A stretch of DNA of 63,889 bases, the filler included, from Octopus bimaculoides (Eukaryota), in NCBI RefSeq assembly GCF_001194135.2. It is 8 parts of 7 records of this genome, joined end to end, with 100 filler letters (N's around TTAATTAATTAA, not from the genome) between each part and the next. Parts side by side here need not be neighbours in the genome. Positions count along the whole stretch, not along the records: positions 16,424 to 40,684 come from NC_069001.1; 7 more parts are not named here. The stretch is one strand, 5' to 3'. Numbering within the stretch: position 1 is the first letter of the stretch; each line of letters begins with the position of its first letter. Position numbers and translations under genes: made by a program. Of this stretch, positions 26,416 through 37,664 are shown piece by piece. The notes under the pieces were generated by a model, which was not told where the DNA came from, did not search any database, and was given only the letters and a program-made list of their open reading frames with translations.

Positions 26416-28399
26416 TAGTATTTTTCGGTCAATAACTGATAAAGTACTAGGGTTCTGGTGTCTGTCTTACGTGTACGTTTTGTAGTATCAATGCATTTTT
26501 CATTTATATATATATACATACATAAATATAATATATATATGTATAGAGACAGACAGACAAAAGTCATATAGATTCATAAGGCCGTTTCCCCACCTGGACG
26601 GGACGCCGGTCCATCGCAGGTTTACTTTTTCAGCTGAGTGGACGGGAGGCGAAATATTTTTCCCACGAGAGTTCCGGACCCTAGTAATAAAGTCGGAAGA
26701 AATGCCGTTAAGAGTTTTATCCGACACTCCAGCAATTCTATTCCAATCACAGTCTCTCATCAAAATCACCTGACAAAGAAACACAACTCTAGGATTTAAA
26801 TATGTTAATTATTTTTATTAATTACTTATTAAGAGATGTGATCTATCTCCAGTATTGTTGATCTCACTAACTTTAGTTGTTAAAATATCCCGTTAACCAC
26901 AAAAGGTGGGAATATAATAAATCTTTGGAAGCGACTTTCCAGTTGGTCTGATTTCTCTCGTCGTAGGCGGCCTTCATTCACATTTCTTCTTTCTTCTTAA
27001 AGACAAATCATTCAACCGCATACGCACACACACGACATATACATTAATATATATACTAACATATATATATATATATATTTCGTTTATTAATATTTAGCAA
27101 TAGATACATAGATAGGATAAAGAGAGTGAAATGATATTTCTGAGTGTTGGCGGCAGTTGACGTAAGCGGCCTTAGCTATCGTAAGAACTATGGCGGAGTT
27201 CCAGTGGCCGTGGCAATACAACTTCCCCCCTTTCTTTACGTAAGTCTTGATAAACCCACTGGATATCTCTGATATTATATACACACCTATATTCACATAA
27301 CTCATTGCTATTACACAAGCAATAATCGATTGTTAGACATCTTAAGATTGTCCTGTCTATTTTCGTTTTCTGCCCCTTGCCTTTCTGTTGGTGTTTGTGT
27401 GAATGAATGTATGTATATACATATATATATATATAATGTGTGTGTGTAAATTATGGCCTTGATTATATACAGTGGTGTGTGTACGCGTGTATGTTGTACA
27501 TAACATTTATTTATATATGTATGTGTACAGGAAGGCGTGTTGTTTAATTCTAAGTGAGATCAGCAGATTTATAACCAAAGCCGTCCCATCCGTGGCACCA
27601 TGTTGTAACGTACAGGATTAAATGATCTAATATGCTCTCGCTTAAGCCAACATAGCGTTATATGTATAAGTGTGTGTATATATGTATGTATGTATATATA
27701 TATATATATGTATAAGTGTGTATGTGTATATATATATGTATGTGTGTTTATGTTTGTGTATGTATATGTGTGTGTATATATAATACGCCTAGCCCAGATG
27801 AGTTCTCTTTCAGCAGACCCCAGGTGTTCTGTCCATGACCACTCCGTCTTAATTTTACGTACTGGATTAAATTATCCGTTATGCATTCCCTTAAGTCGAC
27901 AGCGCTTGTGTTTTGAAGGCGATTTGTCTGCTATTTCTAGCAGGTTAAGTGATTACGTAGTGGTTCCTTCATTTCTTCAGTATCAGAAGAATTAGTTCAA
28001 CAAGAATTTAATATCTTGATCAATTTATTGTGTGTAAGAAATATGTGTAGTTTTCCATTTTACAGAGAATACCATTCCAACTATCAAAGAGAGAATGGGC
28101 GTATTTTGAAGAACTGTCATTAAGTAGATATGAAAGTTAAATCCTTGCCGGAACTCTCGTGGGAAACAATTTCGCCTCCCATCCACTCAGCTGAAAAAGT
28201 AAACCTGTGATGGACCGGCGTCCCGTCCAGGTGGGGAAACGGCCTTATGAGTCTATGATTTGGGATGATATATATATATATATTATATTTATGTATGTAT
28301 GTATATATAAATGAAAAATGCATTTAATACTACAAAACGTACACGGAAGACAAACACCAGAACCCTAATACTTTATCAGTTATCGACCGGAAAATACTA
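26416..28399. repeat. ~260-bp inverted repeat pair (26416-26677 and 28148-28399) bracketing VPS25 exon 1
   Basis: Both arms consist of ~100 bp of non-SINE sequence, a TA microsatellite and the same unusual SINE-derived segment. Identity is high outside the microsatellite. Confidence 0.88.
27190..27239 (+). CDS. VPS25: VPS25 ESCRT-II subunit, coding exon 1 (MAEFQWPWQYNFPPFFT)
   Basis: Diagnostic F.WPWQY.FPPFFT N-terminus (PPxx motif region). Donor gtaagt, phase 2. Confidence 0.97.
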
Positions 28400-30005
28400 C
28401 ACAAGCGTGCCTCTCCCCTACAACTGTGTTACTTCATAACTTCCGGAAAAATGGATATTGGCAATCCATCGCTTTTGGTCTCAGACTTCCATCACTGTTC
28501 GGCAATTTCTGTGAAGTTTTTATTTATTTATTTACCTTTATATTCATGTCCTGTTGAACCTGGCATTCGCTTTGAAATGGGTGAGGGTGGTGAAAGACGA
28601 AAAGATGACCCTATTTTGTTTGTATGTTTGCCGAACAATGATGGCAAGTCTGAGACGAAAAACGATGGAATGCCTGGATATTTATTAATGACATTTTCTA
28701 CAAATACGCTTGAGATGGAGTAGAATCCGATTACATCGGAATTTGTTGTGAAAAATGGTTTATCCCAGGGTGGGAAGAGAAGTTTTGGAAAATTCACATG
28801 TGCCGGTTTTGTTGTTTTTTATTACTTTCAGAAAAATGGGTAATTTTTAAATAAAATTTTCTTAAAATAGCTATCAGATGGTGTAGATTACAATGATATC
28901 GGGATTTAATAACATCATGATCATCACTATCGTTTAACGTCTGCCTTCTATGCTGGCATGGGTTGGACGGTTTAACAGGAGACTGCACCAGACTTCTGTC
29001 TGTTTTGGCAGGGTTTTTNNNNNNNNNNNNNNNNNNNNNNNNNNNNNNNNNNNNNNNNNNNNNNNNNNNNNNNNNNNNNNNNNNNNNNNNNNNNNNNNNN
29101 NNNNNNNNNNNNNNNNNNNNNNNNNNNNNNNNNNNNNNNNNNNNNNNNNNNNNNNNNNNNNNNNNNNNNNNNNNNNNNNNNNNNNNNNNNNNNNNNNNNN
29201 NNNNNNNNNNNNNNNNNNNNNNNNNNNNNNNNNNNNNNNNNNNNNNNNNNNNNNNNNNNNNNNNNNNNNNNNNNNNNNNNNNNNNNNNNNNNNNNNNNNN
29301 NNNNNNNNNNNNNNNNNNNNNNNNNNNNNNNNNNNNNNNNNNNNNNNNNNNNNNNNNNNNNNNNNNNNNNNNNNNNNNNNNNNNNNNNNNNNNNNNNNNN
29401 NNNNNNNNNNNNNNNNNNNNNNNNNNNNNNNNNNNNNNNNNNNNNNNNNNNNNNNNNNNNNNNNNNNNNNNNNNNNNNNNNNNNNNNNNNNNNNNNNNNN
29501 NNNNNNNNNNNNNNNNNNNNNNNNNNNNNNNNNNNNNNNNNNNNNNNNNNNNNNNNNNNNNNNNNNNNNNNNNNNNNNNNNNNNNNNNNNNNNNNNNNNN
29601 NNNNNNNNNNNNNNNNNNNNNNNNNNNNNNNNNNNNNNNNNNNNNNNNNNNNNNNNNNNNNNNNNNNNNNNNNNNNNNNNTATATATACACACACATACA
29701 TATAATATATTAAGATTCAGGTGAATAAGGCACTTAAAGGTAAGGCACCGGGTTAAGTCAGAATTAAAATTCATACACAGCAATTATAGACGAATACCAA
29801 CAGAAGTACTGGCAGGTGCATATTCAGGTTATGTATACAATTAATTGAACCCAACTGAGTATATTATCAGCCCTTGGGCTAATCCAGAAACGCTCATTAT
29901 ATTAAATATACAGTCCGTAATATACTTCGGAACATGCAAGGGGTAGGTTCCGAGAGAGGGGAATTATTTATATATTTATATCTCTCTGTATGTATATCAT
30001 TTCAG

Positions 30006-30151
30006 GATCCAACCCAACTTTGACACAAGAAAGAAACAGCTAGAGGCATGGTGTTACCTAATTCTCGATTACTGTAAATATCATAAAATCTACTGCTTGG
30101 ATGTCACTGAATCGCAGAGCTCTGTCCTTTTTTACAACAAAAAGCTTAACC
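30006..30151 (+). CDS. VPS25: VPS25 coding exon 2 (IQPNFDTRKKQLEAWCYLILDYC...FYNKKLN)
   Basis: QPN.DTR.KQL.AWC.L.L.YC motif. Acceptor catttcag, donor gtatcctt (U12 type). Confidence 0.96.
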
Positions 30152-30724
30152 GTATCCTTTCAATGCTTAATAGTGTTCACCCCATTTGGCTTAAGTTCAC
30201 ATCCCACGGAAACTGGACGAGACTTTCGACACCATTTCAAGCAAGGTCATCTTTCATTAGAAACAAAATTACTTTAAAAATGCCTGCTAGGTACAGGTAT
30301 GGCTGTGTGGTCAAGAAGTTCACTTCCCAACCTCATGGTTTCAGGTTCAATCCCAGTGCATTGGTGCCTTGAGCATGTGTCTTATACTATAGCCCCGGGC
30401 TGTTCAAATTCTTGTGAATGAACTTGGTAGACAAAAACTGAAAGGTGTCAGCCGTTTTTTTATCTTTTATTTTTTATTTTGTTTTAGTCATTTGACTGTG
30501 CCCATGCTGGGGCACCACCTTGAAGAATTTTAGTCAAATGAATTTTAATGCCTAGTATATATTCTACATGTTCTTTCGGTCACTTTTTCAGACTGCTATG
30601 TTGTGGGGACATAAATACACCAACACCAGCTGTCAAGCAATGGTAGGGAACACACACACACACATAATGGTCTTGGGTGGTGATAATGATGATGATGATG
30701 ATGATATAATCGTGTGGGTGTGTT

Positions 30725-30778
<54 letters not shown>

Positions 30779-30858
30779 ACACAGTGATGGTCAACAATAT
30801 ATAGCTGAGTTTCTTCTCATGTCCTGTATAACCAATTTCTTCCTTGACCTCTCACCAG
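30152..30858 (+). other. U12-type (minor spliceosome) GT-AG intron, VPS25 intron 2
   Basis: 5' splice site GTATCCTTT. Branch site TTCCTTGAC at 30840-30848, with the branch A 11 nt before the end of the intron. No conventional polypyrimidine tract between branch site and AG. Confidence 0.9.
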
Positions 30859-30912
30859 GGAAACTATCCACAGATTCATTAATGACAATTCTTGATGAAT
30901 TAAAGAAAAAAG
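30859..30912 (+). CDS. VPS25: VPS25 coding exon 3 (RKLSTDSLMTILDELKKK)
   Basis: RKL......IL.EL.KKG motif. U12 branch site upstream, donor gtaagt. Confidence 0.95.
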
Positions 30913-31347
30913 GTAAGTAATTCATTTTTACTATTTCTTACTCTACGCAACAGACTCAATATACTACCAGTGATGCTGTCTACATAGCATATGAGTGGAA
31001 GATTGATGAGTGTTCTCTTCCTACATAAAATTGGTAGCATTTGGAAGCATAGGTAAGCTTCCTGTTTGGCTGTAAGCAACTGCTCCATCATCCAATTCTA
31101 TATACACTTCAATGAATTCAGGACAAAAAGTAATAGTTACATAATCACCTTCATTAGCTTACAGCTGTTTTTCATATAAGAAATGTAGCACTTAAAACTG
31201 AGTGCTTGTGCAACATCCTATAGCTTCTGCAGAGCCATTAAAATGGAGTGTGAATATTTATATATCGGGAAACAACCACACTACCATACAACAATGATAT
31301 AAGGATTGATATAGGTAAAAAAAGTCTTTTGCGTTTCTCTTTGACAG

Positions 31348-31436
31348 GTCACCTTGAATGGACAGATAAATCCAAACGCCAGTTCACAGTTGTGTGGCGT
31401 TCACACGAAGAGTGGGGGAAACTTATTTACAAATAT
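31348..31436 (+). CDS. VPS25: VPS25 coding exon 4 (GHLEWTDKSKRQFTVVWRSHEEWGKLIYKY)
   Basis: LEW.DKSK..F...WR..EEWGKLIY motif with canonical splice sites. Confidence 0.97.
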
Positions 31437-31559
31437 GTAAGTATAAATAATTATCGCTCTGCATTCTCCCTCCTAGCCTCAATTTGGATTTCTCCCAAAC
31501 CAATGTTGACTTTCTCTGACACACTCTACTGTTACGTTATGTCTATCACATACTTTACC

Positions 31560-31850
31560 ACATTGTCTTGCCTGTGGCATAATCCATCAAGATGTCTGTG
31601 ACAACTCCCTGTTGCTTTATCTAACACTGTCTGTGACATAACCTATCAAAATGTCTGTGACAGTCTACCAACATGTCTGTGACACACTCCATTATGTTGT
31701 CTTTGTCACACAGCATTATGTTGACTGTGTGACATACTCCACCATGATGTTTTGACTGTGACATTGTCTACCAAAATGTCTGTGACACACTCCACCATGA
31801 TATCTGTGACACACTCCACCATGATTGTGACACACTTCCTACCCCAATGA
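31560..31850. repeat. Degenerate minisatellite (unit ~ TGTCTGTGACACACTCCACCATGA) in VPS25 intron 4
   Basis: Repeated CTGTGACA cores at short, irregular spacing. Confidence 0.75.
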
Positions 31851-32093
31851 CCCATATCTATGCCTTGGTTAGTCTGCATTACTCCACAGAGAACATTGGA
31901 CCAGCTTCCTGGTTTCTCTGGCATATTATCCCTCCCTGGATGGGACGCCAGTTCGTCACAGATACCTTCGCCTTATTTCCTCAGAAACAACTGTAAAGCA
32001 ATCCCCCATCCCTCGCCAAGAAAAACGGAATCAACCAACCGAATCACCTGATCCCTTGTGTAGTAAGTGTTGTGTAATTTCTTCTATTTTTAG

Positions 32094-32169
32094 ATCACAG
32101 ACAATGGAATGACTGACACAATGTGTACCTTCTATGAGTTGACCTCTGGTGAAGATACTGTAAATAAAG
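32094..32169 (+). CDS. VPS25: VPS25 coding exon 5 (ITDNGMTDTMCTFYELTSGEDTVNK)
   Basis: T.YEL..GEDT motif. Acceptor cttctatttttag, donor gtaagt. Confidence 0.96.
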
Positions 32170-32335
32170 GTAAGTTGGCAGGTAAAAGGATTCATCATCA
32201 TCGTTTAACATCCGTCTTCCATGCAGTCGAGTTTATCTCAGATATTCTCATTTTAAAAATCATCTCCGGCTAATCATTGAGAAGACGTTGGTGTTTCCCT
32301 GATGGAGGTTTGTGCTCTCTGAATGCTCATTATTA

Positions 32336-32376
<41 letters not shown>

Positions 32377-32590
32377 GGCGAGCTGGCAGAATCGTTAGCA
32401 CGCCGGGCGAAATGCTTAGCGGTATTTCGTCTGCCGTCACGTTCTGAGTTCAAACTCTGCCGAGGTCGATTTTGCCTTTCATCCCTTCGGGTTCGATAAA
32501 TTAAGTACCAGTTACGCACTGGGGTCGATGTAATCGATTTAATCCTTTTGTCTCCTCTATGTTTAGCCCCCTGTGGGCAATAAAGAATTT
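32377..32590 (+). mobile_element. tRNA-derived SINE family B (GGCGAGCTGGCAGAA...GAGTTCAAATTCCGCCGAGG) in VPS25 intron 5
   Basis: The same family occurs at about 7265-7437(-), 11032-11260(+), 16890-17110(-), 24690-24930, 33480-33670(+), 37400-37930(+), 39320-39520(-), 39860-40075(-), 40447-40690(+), 41478-41690(+), 49230-49460(-), 54250-54965(-) and 56940-57070(+). Confidence 0.85.
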
Positions 32591-32631
32591 AGATTATTAT
32601 TATTATTATTATTATTGTATTTCTGTTGTAG

Positions 32632-32744
32632 AATTTCATGGACTTGAGAAACCGTTGTTGATCAAAGCCTTAAAGACTCTGGAGAATGAAGGTAAAGCAG
32701 AGTTGATGCTGACTGAAAGTATCGAGGGAGTGAAATTCTTCTAA
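32632..32744 (+). CDS. VPS25: VPS25 last coding exon (EFHGLEKPLLIKALKTLENEGKAELMLTESIEGVKFF*)
   Basis: EFHGL....L.AL..L....KAE...GVKFF* C-terminus. Spliced CDS is 528 nt (175 aa). Confidence 0.97.
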
Positions 32745-32909
32745 AAGAACAATTGCTTTGCTTTGGCTGTTTACCTGCATCCTAACATATGTATGCGTGT
32801 AATACATATGTAAGCGCACACATAAACACACACACACACACACATATATATAGACTCAAACTCACATTTATGGAAAAGGCTTTAGTTTGTATTCAGTAAA
32901 TGTCACAAC

Positions 32910-32915
32910 AATAAA
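32910..32915 (+). promoter_or_regulatory. Probable VPS25 polyadenylation signal AATAAA
   Basis: First AATAAA seen after the VPS25 stop, about 165 nt downstream. Confidence 0.45.
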
Positions 32916-34429
32916 GCTACGGTTCTTTTATGGAACGTGTACGGCTGAAGCTAATACTGCTAAAACTGCCATTATCAACAGCATGAGAAAGAAAAAAAAC
33001 AAATGGCTTCATTTATAAACAGAACAAACATTGATATTGTATAAAAAACTGGTATGTCTTTCATGTTTAACTCTTTTGCACTTAAACTGGCCATATCCGG
33101 CCCAAATATATTCCACCTGTTTTTTTTATGTTCGAACCGGTCAGATCTGGATTCTCACACCTCTACTTTACAATGTCATTCGAAAAATATGCTGCTACCA
33201 CATCATCAAAAACTTTTGAAGCTATGAGATAATGCATGATCAATTCAAAACAATGTGAAACAAGTACGCATTACATTTGACGGAACAATGTGAATGTTAA
33301 AGGGTTTTAACATTGAGGTCACTTAAAGCATTCTGTTTGACCTGCGGGAAGATTCACTTAACCCAATTTCCGTTATCATATTTCTGTTGAGATGTTCTGT
33401 GTTTGTGTCAATTTTTAAATATAAAAAAGAATTTAGTAAAATGACTTTGTTGTTGTTATTATTATTATTATTATTATTAAACTGGCGTTCAAGGCAGTGA
33501 ACTGACTAACTCATTAGCACGTCAGGCAAAATACTTAGAGGCATTTCATCTGTCCTTATGTTCTGAGTTCAAATTCTGCCAAAGTCAATAAGTTAAGTAC
33601 CAGTGAAACACTGGGATCGATGTAATCGACTAGTCCCCTCCTCCAAAATTTCAGGCCTTGTGCCAGAGAGCTATATCAGGCCCCAGTTGTCTGGGGTCGT
33701 CATTCGACTAAAAATTTTTCACGGCCGTGCCCCAGCATGGCCACAGTCTAATGACTGAAACAAGTAAAAGATAAAAAGAAAAAAAAAATTGTATCCTCTG
33801 CAGCACACAAAAGAGAAGCGTTGTTCTTTTCTATTCTAGGCACAAAGCTCGAAACTTTTGGGGCGAGTTTCTTTCAATGAAATCCATTCAAGGCTTTAGT
33901 CGGCTCGAGGCTATAGGAGAAAATACTTGCCGAAGATGGCATACAAGTGGATCTGATCCCGGAACCATGTGGTTGGGAAGCAATCTTCTTACCTCACAGC
34001 CATTCTCGAACAAACGGCGATTTTTCCCAAAATATTGCGAAATTTATGTAGTCGCATTCGGCTATTTTTTTTAATAAACTCTGACAAATTTAGACACACA
34101 ACTTGTAAGTGTGTGTGTGCGTTCACAAAGCACAGAGCGGGAAGAATTACTAATGCACGTGACAAACAAGCAGAGTTCTGTACCTTGTATATATTCATAG
34201 AGACACAATCGTCTGCTGCAGATGACAAAGACAAGCAGAGTTATTCACCTTATACTGTTAAATTTCTCTAACATCACACCATTAAGCGGAGACAGCTGAG
34301 AAGATATTAATTTGCTCTAGGACAACATTACGGATGTATGAGTGCAGAGATTCCAGCCATGACCATCCCGTTTTGTCCTTGTATGAGGAACGTCCGAAAT
34401 ACATTACCCAACGTGGCTTTTCTTTTAGT

Positions 34430-34640
34430 GAGATACGATTTTAGTGGTGTGTATATTCCCCATGGGGACAGGACGCCGATCCGCCGGAGACTGACTCATT
34501 TTTGCCAGCTGAGTGGACTGGAGCAACGTGAAATGAAGTGTCTTGCTCAAGAACACAACGCATTGCCCCGTCCAGGAATCGAAACTACAATCTTACGATC
34601 CTGAGTCCAACACGCTAACCACTAAGCCACACGCCTCCAC
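34430..34640 (-). mobile_element. tRNA-derived SINE family G (core TGTTCTTGAGCAAGACACTTCATTTCACGTTGCTCCAGTCCACTCAGC)
   Basis: Related copies at 2290-2670 and 11920-12170, and partial copies in the 26.6 kb and 28.2 kb inverted arms. Confidence 0.75.
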
Positions 34641-35091
34641 TGTACGTGCGTGTGTGTGTCTGTGTGTGTATGAGTATATGTATAAGTATATTTAACTGCG
34701 TGTATATATATATATATGTGTGTGTGTGTGTCTGTCTGTCTGTATACCCATACATACACACATATATCTATATATTTATGTATGTATATGTATGTATACA
34801 CATACATATATATATCTATGTTTTTATATATATATTGTATATATATACATATATATATACACACATACATACAAACACACACACACATAGTCTCATTTAA
34901 AATGTATATACTGCATATGTATTAAACATGTTTACAGTGTATACGATATCATCCATCCATCCATCCATACACACATACATACACGCACGCACACAGGATA
35001 GATAGCTAGATATATAAACATATATATATATAAATATATATATAGAGAGAGAGAGAGAGAAAAAGAGAGAAAAAGAGAGAGAGAGAGAGAG

Positions 35092-35133
<42 letters not shown>

Positions 35134-35975
35134 TACAATCTCCACCACCGGTTTTTATAGCCATAAACATATTTTTTGGTGAATTCTCACATGTCAGCCC
35201 CACCCACTTCAAAAATATGTGAAAAAATTAATTAAAAACCCATCAAATTTTGGTATAAAAATTATAATCATTATACATCAAAGCTATATTTCGAATCAAT
35301 ATTTTCCGCTTCACTGTTAATACTCAAATTTTTCTAATATATATATATATANNNNNNNNNNNNNNNNNNNNNNNNNNNNNNNNNNNNNNNNNNNNNNNNN
35401 NNNNNNNNNNNNNNNNNNNNNNNNNNNNNNNNNNNNNNNNNNNNNNNNNNNNNNNNNNNNNNNNNNNNNNNNNNNNNNNNNNNNNNNNNNNNNNNNNNNN
35501 NNNNNNNNNNNNNNNNNNNNNNNNNNNNNNNNNNNNNNNNNNNNNNNNNNNNNNNNNNNNNNNNNNNNNNNNNNNNNNNNNNNNNNNNNNNNNNNNNNNN
35601 NNNNNNNNNNNNNNNNNNNNNNNNNNNNNNNNNNNNNNNNNNNNNNNNNNNNNNNNNNNNNNNNNNNNNNNNNNNNNNNNNNNNNNNNNNNNNNNNNNNN
35701 NNNNNNNNNNNNNNNNNNNNNNNNNNNNNNNNNNNNNNNNNNNNNNNNNNNNNNNNNNNNNNNNNNNNNNNNNNNNNNNNNNNNNNNNNNNNNNNNNNNN
35801 NNNNNNNNNNNNNNNNNNNNNNNNNNNNNNNNNNNNNNNNNNNNNNNNNNNNNNNNNNNNNNNNNNNNNNNNNNNNNNNNNNNNNNNNNNNNNNNNNNNN
35901 CTTGAGGTCTCTGGGTGAGACTTGGATCCAACTGGTACAAATGCAAAGCAAATGTAAAACAAAATAATAATAATA

Positions 35976-36004
<29 letters not shown>

Positions 36005-36006
<2 letters not shown>

Positions 36007-36530
36007 GAAAACTCACAGCTTATTTTGCTGGGTATGATGGAAAGTGTCAGCTGTCCCCAGCCAACAGTCTAGGGTGACACTTGTTTTACTGGTCATGCTT
36101 CAAGGACCCTGCGAAGAATTCTTGCAGTTCCAAGCAATGCTGGGTTTTGTAGGTGTTCTACCTTCACATTTGCACCAATCTCTTTCAGCCATGTTGGTAG
36201 CTGAGTGCTGATACTTCCAACTGCACCAGTTACTATTGGCATCACGGTTACTCTCCGCATTGACCACAGCCTTCGTATTTCCCACTTTAAATCGTCATAG
36301 TTGTTTATTTTCTTTCTTCTTCCTTCACATTGACCCTGTTGTCACCAGGGCATGCTATGTCGATTATCACACGTGCCCTTTCTTTTCTTATTCCCCACAA
36401 CAATGTCCCGTTTCCGATGTCTGGTCAGGTATCGCACTGGATCATTACATCCCACAAGATTTTGCAGGTCTCATTCTCGGTGACTCCTTCTGGGGTTTTC
36501 TCATACCACGCCTTTGCTATTTGTAGGCCG
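36005..36530 (-). mobile_element. R4/Dong-clade LINE 3' end with restriction-like endonuclease (RLE), TAA tail
   Basis: KILWDVMIQCD, R.DIVV, IIDIACPGD.RV..KEEEK...YDDLKWEIRRLW, MPIVTGAVG, ALLGTARILRRVL*. The 3' end abuts a (TAA)n array. Confidence 0.88.
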
Positions 36531-36639
36531 TCGATTAATTCATCGGAGTCGGTAAATTAAGTACCAGTGAAACACTGGGGTCGATATAATCAACTAATCC
36601 CCTCCCCACAAATTTCAAGCATTATTACTCTATAATTGT

Positions 36640-37090
36640 AAGTTTTTCTCTGGTAGTTTCACGCACGTTTCTGCTGTACCACTTGATGGACCTCAGTGTT
36701 CCTTACGTATGTGTGTGTGAGTGGCATTTTTGTTCTTACTTTTGTGGGGAGCGCAGACTCATGCAGCAGGTGTGCTAAACCAGTTTATTTTGTTGCGGTG
36801 GGGGAGGGTTAGTTTTTTTGTTATATTAAACTGCGTTCTGTTGCGTATGATGCGTTTAATGTTATATCCTTTTATTGGCTCTGCGATATGAGTTGTGTTA
36901 TTCTAGATTATAAGATGTTTGTTGTGCAAGGTTTGCGTTGTGTGTGAAGATTGTTCTATTTGAAGTTTTCCGTTGAATCATAAGTTACTCTATTAAATTA
37001 AAAGTGCCTTATGCAAGATATGGGCTGTTCCTAGCAGAGCTATTTTGTGTGGGGGTGGTGCAGATGGAGGTGGATGTAGTGCTTTGGTCA
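36640..37090 (-). mobile_element. Second R4/Dong-like 3' end (long 3' UTR)
   Basis: KIALLGTAHILHKALL* C-terminal motif on the minus strand, with a UTR ending in GTAATAAT. Confidence 0.65.
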
Positions 37091-37583
37091 GCAGGTTAAA
37101 GCAACACAATAATTCGATATGATGCAGTGATGTCACCTGCTAATTAAAACCACAATAATTAGGTGAGATGCAATGAAATTATTTGATGAATTAAGATCAC
37201 AAAAATTAGGTAAGATGCTGTGATATAACTTGTTAATTAAGATTACAATAATTAGGTAGAATACTATGATATCATATGCTAATCACGATCACAAAGTATT
37301 TAAGATATAGTGATGTCACTTGCTAATTAAGATCCCAGTAATTAGATAAGACACTGTGATGTCATTTGTTAATTAAGATGGCAATATTTAGATAAGATAA
37401 GGCAGCGAGCTGGCAGAAACGTTAGCACGCCGGGCGAAGTGCTTAGCGGTATTTCGTCTGTCGCAGCGTTCTGAGTTCAAATTCCGCCGAAGTCGACTTT
37501 GCCTTTCATCCTTTCGGGGTCGATAAATTAAGTACCAGTTACACACTGGGGTCGATCTAATCGACTTAATCCCTTTGCCTATC

Positions 37584-37664
37584 CTTGTTTGTCCCCTCTG
37601 TGTTTAGCCCCTTGTTTGTCCCCTCTGTGTTTAGCCCCTTGTTTGTCCCCTCTGTGTTTAGCCC
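37584..37664. repeat. 27-bp unit x3 tandem duplication in a SINE B tail
   Basis: CTTGTTTGTCCCCTCTGTGTTTAGCCC repeated three times exactly. Confidence 0.9.

Noticed and set aside
27087-27305. 72-aa minus-strand ORF
   Set aside because: Antisense shadow of VPS25 exon 1 and its flanks.
28451-28723. 90-aa ORF in VPS25 intron 1
   Set aside because: No recognisable motif or splice support, and the length is compatible with chance.
31395-31415. VPS25 WRSHEEW instead of vertebrate WRRPEEW
   Set aside because: A single substitution at a position I do not know to be invariant, so there is no basis for a functional claim.
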